Assembly (NCBI GenBank): GCA_942493095.1 | Contig: OW818675.1 | Span: forward strand, 1,260,001 to 1,292,000 | From: Candidatus Electronema halotolerans | GTDB lineage: Bacteria; Desulfobacterota; Desulfobulbia; Desulfobulbales; Desulfobulbaceae | DNA: 32,000 nt | Direction: 5' to 3' | Part shown: positions 1 through 6,930 of the stretch, in pieces | Layout: each line of letters starts with the position of its first letter | Numbering within the stretch: the stretch's first letter is position 1 | Notes under the pieces: model-generated | Seen by the model: only the letters and a program-made list of their open reading frames with translations | The model's database searches: none | What the model was told of the DNA's origin: nothing | Program-made: the position numbers and the translations under genes

Positions 1-835
1 GCACCTCAACCTCTTGAATATTGGCCTCCTGCGCCTGGCTGAACACGGTTTCCAGTACCTCGATTTTCGAGGCCAGCAGTTCCGGGGCAAGCTGGACTTT
101 GATCACCTCGCCGCTGCGGGCCGCATCGGGCTGGGCCGGAGCCATGACATTGGGCCGCACCGTCGCCATTTGCGGGCGGGACTGCGGGCATTCAATGGTG
201 GCCATGATGTTGCCGCCAAAGGCCGGGCGGGTTTGCAGGAGCACGCCGTCTTCCGGGCGGACAGCCAAGGCAGTGCAGTCAGCGGTCAGACCCGCGCCTA
301 AAGCATTTGCCACCTGCGGGATGACCGAGCGGCCTATGGCGGTTGCTCCGGCCAGCACCACTTCCGGCTTGTACTGGACAATCATATATTCCAGCACCTT
401 GCCGTACACATCTTCTCGATACTGAGCCAAGGCCGGATCATCGGCCAGCAGGACTTTGTCCGCACCAGCAGCGATCAGGTCAGCAGTTTTATTCTCAACA
501 TCGGCTCCGAGCAAAACGGCGGTCAATGCAGTGCCGCGCTGGTCAGCCAGCTTTCTGCCAATGCCAAGCAGCTCAAAGGCCACTGGCGCAATGCTGCCGT
601 GCCGGGCTTCGGCAAAGACCCAGATGCCGGACCATGCAGACAGATCGCTTGGCGCGACTTTCTCGGCGGTTTCAATGCGCAGAGCACCCGGCTCGCAGTT
701 GTCCACGCAGGAGCCGCAGAGGGTGCAGTTGTCGCCGACTGCGGCAACGCCGTCTTTGAGGGTGATGGCTCCAAAGGCGCAGTTGGCTTCGCAAACTCCG
801 CAGCCGATACATAAGGTGGTGTCAATTATGAGCAT
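1..835 (-). CDS. etfA: Electron transfer flavoprotein alpha subunit (FixB/EtfA type) with N-terminal 2x[4Fe-4S] ferredoxin domain; 3' end lies beyond the window
   Basis: Absent from the ORF track because it runs off the edge. I translated the minus strand by hand from the ATG (complement of 833-835). The product reads MLIIDTTLCIGCGVCEANCAFGAITLKDGVAAVGDNCTLCGSCVDNCEPGALRIE (two CxxCxxCxxxC motifs), then IWVFAEARHGSIAPVAFELLGIGRKLADQRG...VLAGATAIGRSVIPQVANALGAGLTADC...RPAFGGNIMATIECP. I checked triplet by triplet and found no stop in this frame down to nt 2. The plus-strand ORFs listed here are Ala/Arg/Pro/Ser-rich antisense products. Confidence 0.85.
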   Translation of the reverse strand, partial: MLIIDTTLCIGCGVCEANCAFGAITLKDGVAAVGDNCTLCGSCVDNCEPGALRIETAEKVAPSDLSAWSGIWVFAEARHGSIAPVAFELLGIGRKLADQRGTALTAVLLGADVENKTADLIAAGADKVLLADDPALAQYREDVYGKVLEYMIVQYKPEVVLAGATAIGRSVIPQVANALGAGLTADCTALAVRPEDGVLLQTRPAFGGNIMATIECPQSRPQMATVRPNVMAPAQPDAARSGEVIKVQLAPELLASKIEVLETVFSQAQEANIQEVEV

Positions 836-841
836 ATTTCG

Positions 842-1408
842 TTATAAATTTCTAAAAAATTCTTCGCGTTCAGATTGGGGCATTGCTTTAATTGCTTTCA
901 TTTCATCCGCTGAAAAGACTTGACACCGTACTTCTGCGCTAATACCAACTGAGACTGCAACACCAACAAAAACTTTCTCTAAGAACCGTAAAACGTACTG
1001 ACTGGTCGTACTGCTTGGATTAAGAATAACATGATGAATATTTTCATGAGCGGCTATTTTTTTCGCTCCCTTCTGCAAATCAATGGGCGTAACAACAATC
1101 CCGCCTTGGGCACCTGTATCTTGAATACTGTAGGCAAGTGAGCCAAGTATTGCTTGATTAAGCCGACCTTTTCGATGCTTACATTCAACAATCAGAAAGC
1201 CTTCGCCATTCTTGGAAACACCTTTGGCATCAAGTTCCCAATCCGTGCCAGACGCTCCTGTAACACACTGCTTCCCTTCTACGCATTCAAGGCCAAAGTG
1301 CTCTGCAAATTCATTCAGCAGATACGTTGCAACCTCTTCGTATGATTGCCACGCTTTTTTTTCAGACATTGCCACACCTTCTATCAAATACCATAAATAA
1401 CCAATCAT
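842..1408 (-). CDS. Mrr-like PD-(D/E)xK restriction-endonuclease-fold protein
   Basis: WELDAKGVSKNGEGFLIVECKHRKGRLNQ gives a D...E-x-K nuclease core. It is followed by GGIVVTPIDLQKGAKKIA, as in Mrr_cat-type proteins. An ATGA overlap with the vapC stop (1405-1408) suggests translational coupling. An alternative start is M14 at 1369 (MSEKKAW). Confidence 0.6.
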   Translation of the reverse strand: MIGYLWYLIEGVAMSEKKAWQSYEEVATYLLNEFAEHFGLECVEGKQCVTGASGTDWELDAKGVSKNGEGFLIVECKHRKGRLNQAILGSLAYSIQDTGAQGGIVVTPIDLQKGAKKIAAHENIHHVILNPSSTTSQYVLRFLEKVFVGVAVSVGISAEVRCQVFSADEMKAIKAMPQSEREEFFRNL

Positions 1409-1830
1409 GCAAATGGATTGACTATTTTTGTCCTCTCAAGGACAAAACCATCTTGCATATCTTCGGAATATAAAATGTCTGCGCCGCTTTGGACAGCACA
1501 GACAACAACAAGGCTATCCCAGAAAGAAAAATTATGATTCTCGCGTAGCTCTGAAGATTTTATCAGAATTTCCTTGTCAATCCCTACTACTTCATATCTG
1601 TCATAAAAACTCTGAATAAGTTCTCTCGCTTCTCCCTCGGAAAACTTAACCTTTCTGATAAGATTGGAGCAAACTTCGTTTATTATCTGCGTACTGACCG
1701 CAATTGATTGATTTTGAATCAAAGCTGTTGCGATATTCGCCTTGCGAGCATCTTGTGTCTCGATAAAAGCATACAGCCAGATATTCGAGTCAACAAAGCA
1801 AATCCCGCTTTGTTCATCAGCCACGGTCAT
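1405..1830 (-). CDS. vapC: PIN-domain ribonuclease toxin (VapC family)
   Basis: Acidic PIN signature residues are present in FVDSNIW, IINEV, FWDSL and YSEDM. The size (141 aa) fits. It overlaps the upstream antitoxin ORF by 14 nt. Confidence 0.8.
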   Translation of the reverse strand: MTVADEQSGICFVDSNIWLYAFIETQDARKANIATALIQNQSIAVSTQIINEVCSNLIRKVKFSEGEARELIQSFYDRYEVVGIDKEILIKSSELRENHNFSFWDSLVVVCAVQSGADILYSEDMQDGFVLERTKIVNPFA

Positions 1831-2035
1831 ATATTTCTTCTCGCGTCAACGGTTTAAAATCAGGAATTTTCAAAGGGGATTTCAGCAAGCGGTCAATCAT
1901 GTCAGAAGCCGCTTCCACAGCATCCTCTTTCAGCAGGATCACCTTCACAGTGCTGCTTTGAATCTTCCTTCTGTAGCGTTCAGGAATTTCAATGACACCG
2001 TTTTTTATTCTTGTGCTGAATTCAATCGCATACAT
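1817..2035 (-). CDS. AbrB/SpoVT-like antitoxin (VapB-type) of the PIN toxin
   Basis: 72 aa. The N-terminus TRIKNGVIEIPERYRRKI..VKVILL resembles the looped-hinge-helix fold. It sits immediately upstream of the PIN gene and overlaps it. Confidence 0.55.
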   Translation of the reverse strand: MYAIEFSTRIKNGVIEIPERYRRKIQSSTVKVILLKEDAVEAASDMIDRLLKSPLKIPDFKPLTREEIYDRG

Positions 2036-2036
2036 A

Positions 2037-2816
2037 TCACAAATACCCCCGAATCTCCTCCACCAACTGCGCCACCTGCTCCGCTGCTGTACCGGAGAAC
2101 ATCCTCCGATTGCCGCGTGGCTCCGGCGAGAAGACCCGCGCTACTTTGGTCGGCGAACCAGCCAGACCGATGCACTGCGCATCCGCGTGAATATCCGCAG
2201 CAGAGAGCACCCGGATTTCCGCTTTCTTCGCCTTCATCTTGCCCTTGAGCGAAGCCACCCGTGGCTCGTTGATGTCCTTGACCACGGTCAGCAAGGCAGG
2301 CAGAGGCAGCTGCACAACGTCGTAGCCGTCATCCATCATCCGCTCCACCCGGAGAAAATCTGCCGTTGCCTCACGGGTTTTCTGCACACAGGTGATGTAG
2401 GGTAGCTTGAGCTGTGTCGCCATACCCGGCCCGACTTGGGCGGTGTCGCCATCAATGGCCTGCTTGCCGCAGAGAATCAGATCAAAGTCGCCCAAAGCCT
2501 GCACGGCCTTGGCCAAGGTGTAGGAAGTCGCCCACGTGTCCGCCCCGGCAAAGGCCCGGTCAGAAACCAGCACACCCTCATCCGCGCCACACGAGATCGC
2601 CTCCAGCAGCACATCCTTGGCTTGCGGCGGCCCCATAGACAGAACCGTCACGCTGCCGCCGAGCTGCTCCTTGAGCCGCACCGCCTCTTCCAAGGCATGA
2701 CGGTCAAAGGGATTCATGATCGCGGCCACGCCTTCCCGCGCCAAGGTGTTGGTCTTGGGATCAAGGCGCACATCCTTGGCATCCGGCACCTGCTTGATGC
2801 AGACAATGATCTTCAT
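2037..2816 (-). CDS. etfB: Electron transfer flavoprotein beta subunit
   Basis: MKIIVCIKQVPDAKDVRLDPKTNTLAREGVAAIMNPFDRHALEEA...LILCGKQAIDGDTAQVGP is canonical ETF-beta sequence. Confidence 0.9.
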   Translation of the reverse strand: MKIIVCIKQVPDAKDVRLDPKTNTLAREGVAAIMNPFDRHALEEAVRLKEQLGGSVTVLSMGPPQAKDVLLEAISCGADEGVLVSDRAFAGADTWATSYTLAKAVQALGDFDLILCGKQAIDGDTAQVGPGMATQLKLPYITCVQKTREATADFLRVERMMDDGYDVVQLPLPALLTVVKDINEPRVASLKGKMKAKKAEIRVLSAADIHADAQCIGLAGSPTKVARVFSPEPRGNRRMFSGTAAEQVAQLVEEIRGYL

Positions 2817-2824
2817 ATTCTTGT

Positions 2825-3976
2825 TTATGCGTATTCCCGATTGAGTTCCTGGCCAATGACGTTGCGCTGAATCTGATTGGTGCCCTCGTAAATCTGGAGG
2901 ATTTTCGCGTCGCGCATCATCTTTTCAACCGGATATTCCTTCATATAGCCATAGCCGCCCATGACCTGCACCGCGTCGGTGGTCACTTTCATGGCCACGT
3001 CCGTGGCAAAGACCTTGCATATTGACGAAACCTTGCTTGCGTCGCTGGGATGCGCGTCAATGTGCCGAGCCGCGCCATAAACTAAAGCGCGGGCTGCCTC
3101 AGTTTGTATAGCCATATCCGCCAAAAGATGCTGCACAGCCTGGAAGTGAATGACCGGCTTGCCGAACTGGACCCGCTGCTTGGCATACGTGGCGGCCTCA
3201 TCCAGCGCAGCCTGCGCCAGTCCCACGCCAAGGCTGGCAATGCCGGGCCGGGACACGTCCAGCGTTTTCATCACCGTGATGAAGCCAGTGCCTTTCCTGC
3301 CAATCAGCCGGTCTTTGGGAATCCGGCAGTCCTTCATGATCAGCTCGCGGGTGGCGGAAGAACGGATGCCCATCTTGTTTTCTTTCTTGCCGTAAGAAAA
3401 ACCAGGGTCGCCGTCCTCAACCACAAACATCGAGGCCCCGCGAATGCCTTTTTCCGGGTTGGTCAGGGCAATGACGGAATAAATCTGGGCCTCGCCGCCA
3501 TTGGTGATCCACTGCTTGGTCCCGTTCAGCACCCAATAATCACCGTCGTCAACCGCAGTGGTTTTGATGCCAGCGGCATCGGAGCCGGCATTGGCTTCGG
3601 TCAAACCAAAGGCGGCCAAGCTCTTGCCTTCAGCCACCGCAGGCAAATATTTCTGCTTCAGCTCCTCGCTGCCGGAAATGAGAATGGGCAGGATGCCAAG
3701 CCCGCAGGCGGCAAAGCTGGTGGCCACGCCGGTGCAGCCACGGGCCAGCTCCTCCAAGGCAAGGACAATGTCCAGCATGCCAGTGCCCATGCCGCCGTAT
3801 TGCTCCGGCACCAGCACGGAAAACAGGTCGGCCTTGGCAATGTCGCCCAGCAGCTCGGCAGCGAACTCGTTCTTCTCGTCCAGCTCGGCCCGCAGGGGAA
3901 TGATCTTCTCCTCAGCCAGCTCACGGGCGGTCTCCTTGATCATCCGCTGTTCTTCGCTCAGAAAATAATCCACCAT
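2825..3976 (-). CDS. Acyl-CoA dehydrogenase (short/medium-chain, butyryl-CoA dehydrogenase-like)
   Basis: FGLTEANAGSDAAGIKTTA, YWVLNGTKQWITNG and the C-terminal catalytic-Glu context ILQIYEGTNQIQR are present. Length is 383 aa. Confidence 0.9.
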   Translation of the reverse strand: MVDYFLSEEQRMIKETARELAEEKIIPLRAELDEKNEFAAELLGDIAKADLFSVLVPEQYGGMGTGMLDIVLALEELARGCTGVATSFAACGLGILPILISGSEELKQKYLPAVAEGKSLAAFGLTEANAGSDAAGIKTTAVDDGDYWVLNGTKQWITNGGEAQIYSVIALTNPEKGIRGASMFVVEDGDPGFSYGKKENKMGIRSSATRELIMKDCRIPKDRLIGRKGTGFITVMKTLDVSRPGIASLGVGLAQAALDEAATYAKQRVQFGKPVIHFQAVQHLLADMAIQTEAARALVYGAARHIDAHPSDASKVSSICKVFATDVAMKVTTDAVQVMGGYGYMKEYPVEKMMRDAKILQIYEGTNQIQRNVIGQELNREYA

Positions 3977-3992
3977 GTTCTCCTTTTGCTTT

Positions 3993-4964
3993 CTACCAAT
4001 CTATGAGCATCGAACCCCAAGTGAAGCCGCCGCCAAAGGCGCAGAGCAGCAGCTTGCCGCCGGGCCGCAGCCGCCCTGCGCGCACCGCCTCATCCAAGGC
4101 AATCGGGATGCTGGCCGCTGAGGTGTTGCCGTATTTGTCAACATTGCAGAAGACCTGCCCCGGCTGCGCGCCGAGCCGGTCTGCGAGATTGTCCAAGATG
4201 CGGATATTAGCCTGATGGGGAATGATCAGGTCAATGTCACTGATTGCAAGCTGCTGCCGCTTCAGCAGTTCCAGCACTGCATTTTCCATAGCCCGGACTG
4301 CATATTTGAACACGTCCCGGCCTGACATCTGGATGACGCAGCCCTTGCTTTCCGGGTCAAGCAGGTCAGGATTGGTGCTGGCCGGGCTGTCCATGCAGAG
4401 CAGCTTCCAGAGACTGCCGTCCGAGAACAGGCAGCTATCAATGATGCCGCGTCCTGCCGCGCTGCCAAGGACGCAGGCCCCGGCTCCGTCGCCGAAAAGA
4501 ATGCAGGTGTTGCGGTCTTCCCAATCCACCCGTGCCGACAAGGTTTCCGAACCGATCAGCAGCACCTTGATTGCCGGATCAGCGGCAATGTATTTTTGCG
4601 CCACATCCAGCCCATAGAGAAAACCTGAGCAGGCGGCGTTGAGGTCAAAGGCAAAGGCCTTGGCCGCGCCAAGCTCGGTTTGGACAAAGCAGGCGCAGGA
4701 CGGCATCAGCCTATGCGGGCTGATGGTGGCGACAATGATCAGACCAAGTTCTTCCGCCGTGACTTGGGCGGCTTCCAGAGCCTGTGCTGCCGCCCGCGAG
4801 GCAAGCTGATAGTTTTGCTCGTCCGGCCCGGCAATGCGCCGGGTGCGGATGCCGGTGCGGGCGGTGATCCACTCGTCCGAGGTCTCCACCATCCGCTCCA
4901 GCTCCGCATTGGTCAGGAGCCGCTCAGGCAGGGAGGAGCCGGTGCCAAGCACTGCCGCCCGCAT
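3993..4964 (-). CDS. fabH: 3-oxoacyl-ACP synthase III
   Basis: SDEWITARTGIRTRR, the active-site context DLNAACSGFLYGL, PHQANIRI and GFGGGFTWGS are present. The start overlaps the plsX stop (TGATG). Confidence 0.9.
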   Translation of the reverse strand: MRAAVLGTGSSLPERLLTNAELERMVETSDEWITARTGIRTRRIAGPDEQNYQLASRAAAQALEAAQVTAEELGLIIVATISPHRLMPSCACFVQTELGAAKAFAFDLNAACSGFLYGLDVAQKYIAADPAIKVLLIGSETLSARVDWEDRNTCILFGDGAGACVLGSAAGRGIIDSCLFSDGSLWKLLCMDSPASTNPDLLDPESKGCVIQMSGRDVFKYAVRAMENAVLELLKRQQLAISDIDLIIPHQANIRILDNLADRLGAQPGQVFCNVDKYGNTSAASIPIALDEAVRAGRLRPGGKLLLCAFGGGFTWGSMLIDW

Positions 4965-5974
4965 CAGCTCTGCCCCGCTTCCTGCTGAAGGTGCATGGTG
5001 ATGGCCCGGTTAACCCGGCATTCCACCATCTTGGCCGCCTCTTTGAGGGCGTTGCGGATCGCGACTGCCGAGGAGGTGCCGTGGCAGATGATGCCAACCC
5101 CGTTGATGCCGAGCAGGGGCGCGCCGCCGTATTCCGCATAATCCACCCGTTTGCGGAAGCTGTCAAAAGCAGGCCGAATAAAAAAGGAGGCCAAGCTGGC
5201 CTGCCATGATTTTTTGATTTCCGTCTTGAGCATCTGCTGCATCGCCTCTGCCAAACCCTCGCTGACCTTGAGAGCGATGTTGCCGACAAAGCCGTCACAG
5301 ATCACCACATCCACATTGCCGCCATAGACATCGCGGCCCTCGACATTGCCGATGAAATTCAAGCTGCTGTCCTTGAGCAAATCGTATGCCTCCTTGACTG
5401 CCGCATTGCCCTTGCCCGGCTCCTCGCCGATGCTGAGAAGACCGACACGGGGAGCGGCAGCCCGGTTGAGCAGCAGCTTGCAGCAGAACGAGGCCATGAC
5501 CGCGAACTGATAAAGATGCTGCGGACGGCAGTCAACATTGGCCCCAATGTCCGTGACCAGCACCGGCTCTTTGAGGGTGGGGAAAAAACTGGCAATGCTG
5601 GGCCGGGCAATGCCCTTGAGCCGACCAAGCTGAAGAATGGCGGCTGTCATGGTCGCCCCGGAATGACCAGCGGAAACCACAGCCTCGGCCTGGCCTTTTT
5701 TGACCAGATCAAAGCCGACCATGATGGTGGAGTCTTTTTTTCGGCGCACGGCCTCGACCGCCTCCTCTGCCATGGAAACGGTCTGAGGGGCATGAACAAT
5801 GGACAGACGCGGTTCGGCAGCTTTGCCCCGCAGGGCCAGCTCCTCACGCAGCAGCTCCTCCGGGCCGAGCAGGATCACCTCAATCCCGGAATGCTGCTCC
5901 ACCGCCTGCACTGCTCCGTCGATCAGCACCCTGCTGCCGCAGTCGCCGCCCATGGCATCAAGGGCTATTTTCAC
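4964..5974 (-). CDS. plsX: Phosphate acyltransferase PlsX
   Basis: MKIALDAMGGD..., GATMTAAIL, VCDGFVGNIALK and GAPLLGING are present. It sits in the conserved position after rpmF. Confidence 0.92.
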   Translation of the reverse strand: MKIALDAMGGDCGSRVLIDGAVQAVEQHSGIEVILLGPEELLREELALRGKAAEPRLSIVHAPQTVSMAEEAVEAVRRKKDSTIMVGFDLVKKGQAEAVVSAGHSGATMTAAILQLGRLKGIARPSIASFFPTLKEPVLVTDIGANVDCRPQHLYQFAVMASFCCKLLLNRAAAPRVGLLSIGEEPGKGNAAVKEAYDLLKDSSLNFIGNVEGRDVYGGNVDVVICDGFVGNIALKVSEGLAEAMQQMLKTEIKKSWQASLASFFIRPAFDSFRKRVDYAEYGGAPLLGINGVGIICHGTSSAVAIRNALKEAAKMVECRVNRAITMHLQQEAGQS

Positions 5975-5980
5975 TGCCGC

Positions 5981-6169
5981 CTATGCCAGCTCGTCCCCAA
6001 GCTGATAAATGGTTTTGCCTTTGTATTTGCCGCAGCCGGAGCAGAGCTGATGCGGCATTTTCGGCTCGCCGCACTCAGGGCAGCGGCCCACTGAGGGAGC
6101 GGTCAGGAAATCATGCGCCCGCCGGTTGCGGGTGCGGGAATGGGAATGTCTTCTTTTTGGCAGGGCCAT
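5981..6169 (-). CDS. rpmF: 50S ribosomal protein L32
   Basis: MALPKRRHSHSRTRNRRAH... with a CPECG...CSGCG zinc ribbon. Length is 62 aa. Confidence 0.92.
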   Translation of the reverse strand: MALPKRRHSHSRTRNRRAHDFLTAPSVGRCPECGEPKMPHQLCSGCGKYKGKTIYQLGDELA

Positions 6170-6221
6170 GAGTGTTTCTCCTTGAAAGTTCGTCTTCCTT
6201 TTGCAACAAGGAAGGAAAAAA

Positions 6222-6743
6222 TCATCTGTTCTTGTTCCATGCCGCCAAAGCGGCGAATGGAGAGTTTTCCGTCTCAGCCGCGCAGGCGCAGCTCTGGCTG
6301 TTCAAATTCGCGCCGCAGTTTGGACAAAGCCCCTGGCAGTCCGGCGAGCAGAGCTGCTTGACCGGCAGGCTGAGAAAAAGCTGCTGCCGGAGGATTTCAG
6401 TCAGATCCGCCGCAGGCTCATCCACTTCCAACAGCTCAAGCTCTGCGCTGTTGTCCAGCTCCTTGACGCTCCAGCCGTCCTCATCCTGCTCCGGCACTTC
6501 CAGCAGGAGATGGAACTCGGCAGCAACGGGAACGTCGTATTCCGTCAGGCAGCGGTCGCAGGTCAGCCGCAGCTTGGCGCGAAATGTTCCCTGCGCCTCA
6601 GCCCGGTGCGCTGCCTTGGGCCGCAGAGTCAGTTCTGCTTCTGTCGGACCAGCTACAGTCAGTCCGGCTGCGGTCAGCCACGCATCGTCAGTGAAACGGT
6701 AGTGACTGCCATTCTGAGCAATTTCGGCAAATGGAATCTTCAT
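6222..6743 (-). CDS. yceD: YceD/DUF177 family protein (23S rRNA accumulation protein)
   Basis: LTCDRCL...CSPDCQGLCPNCGANLN are the two Cys pairs typical of DUF177. Its position upstream of rpmF is conserved. I place the start at MKIPFAEI (complement of 6741-6743). The 274-aa version in the track adds a low-complexity extension that overlaps the divergent gene. Confidence 0.85.
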   Translation of the reverse strand: MKIPFAEIAQNGSHYRFTDDAWLTAAGLTVAGPTEAELTLRPKAAHRAEAQGTFRAKLRLTCDRCLTEYDVPVAAEFHLLLEVPEQDEDGWSVKELDNSAELELLEVDEPAADLTEILRQQLFLSLPVKQLCSPDCQGLCPNCGANLNSQSCACAAETENSPFAALAAWNKNR

Positions 6744-6930
6744 GCTGGCACCTGATGCAATCTGCGGACGGGCGGCTGAAGTAAAAAATAATACACAAAA
6801 AAGACAGCTCATGCCAAGAAAAAAAGCGCGAAGCGCCGGAAATGGTCTGGATTGCTCTTTTCTTGTTTGAGGCTGGTCAGCGATGCCGTACAATAGAAAT
6901 TGAGCAAAAGTTCTTAGGCGGAGGTGAGCG

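Larger units (their letters stand above)
838..2037 (-). other. 1200-bp AT-rich three-gene cassette inserted at the etfB stop / etfA start junction
   Basis: The pentamer CATAT (ATATG on the coding strand) occurs at 833-837 and 2033-2037, exactly 1200 nt apart. Deleting one copy plus the intervening DNA gives ...TTG TGA T ATG CTC..., a normal tight etfB-etfA junction. Base composition is visibly AT-rich relative to both flanks (not computed). Confidence 0.6.

Noticed and set aside
14-923. Plus-strand ORFs (14..301, 21..425, 343..759, 456..923, 599..814) and minus-strand ORFs 6..191 and 523..825
   Set aside because: All are Ala/Arg/Pro/Ser-rich alternative-frame products of a GC-rich region. 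The minus-strand frame starting at 835 gives a clean ferredoxin-EtfA sequence.
3104-4006. Plus-strand ORFs 3104..4006 (300 aa) and 3558..3968, and other antisense ORFs across fabH, plsX, the caspase gene and the TGase gene (for example 10958..11986 and 12097..12672)
   Set aside because: Each lies opposite to, or out of frame with, a gene with strong family motifs. This is typical spurious long ORFs in GC-rich DNA.
6866-6894. Possible sigma-70 promoter (TTTGAG-N17-TACAAT) for the cNMP/CBS/DUF294 gene, and a similar TTGGTT-N17-ATAAAA at 23020-23048 upstream of the collagen-like gene
   Set aside because: The -10 elements are plausible, but the -35 matches are weak and I cannot score them against background without tools. 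I mention them only as leads for TSS mapping.
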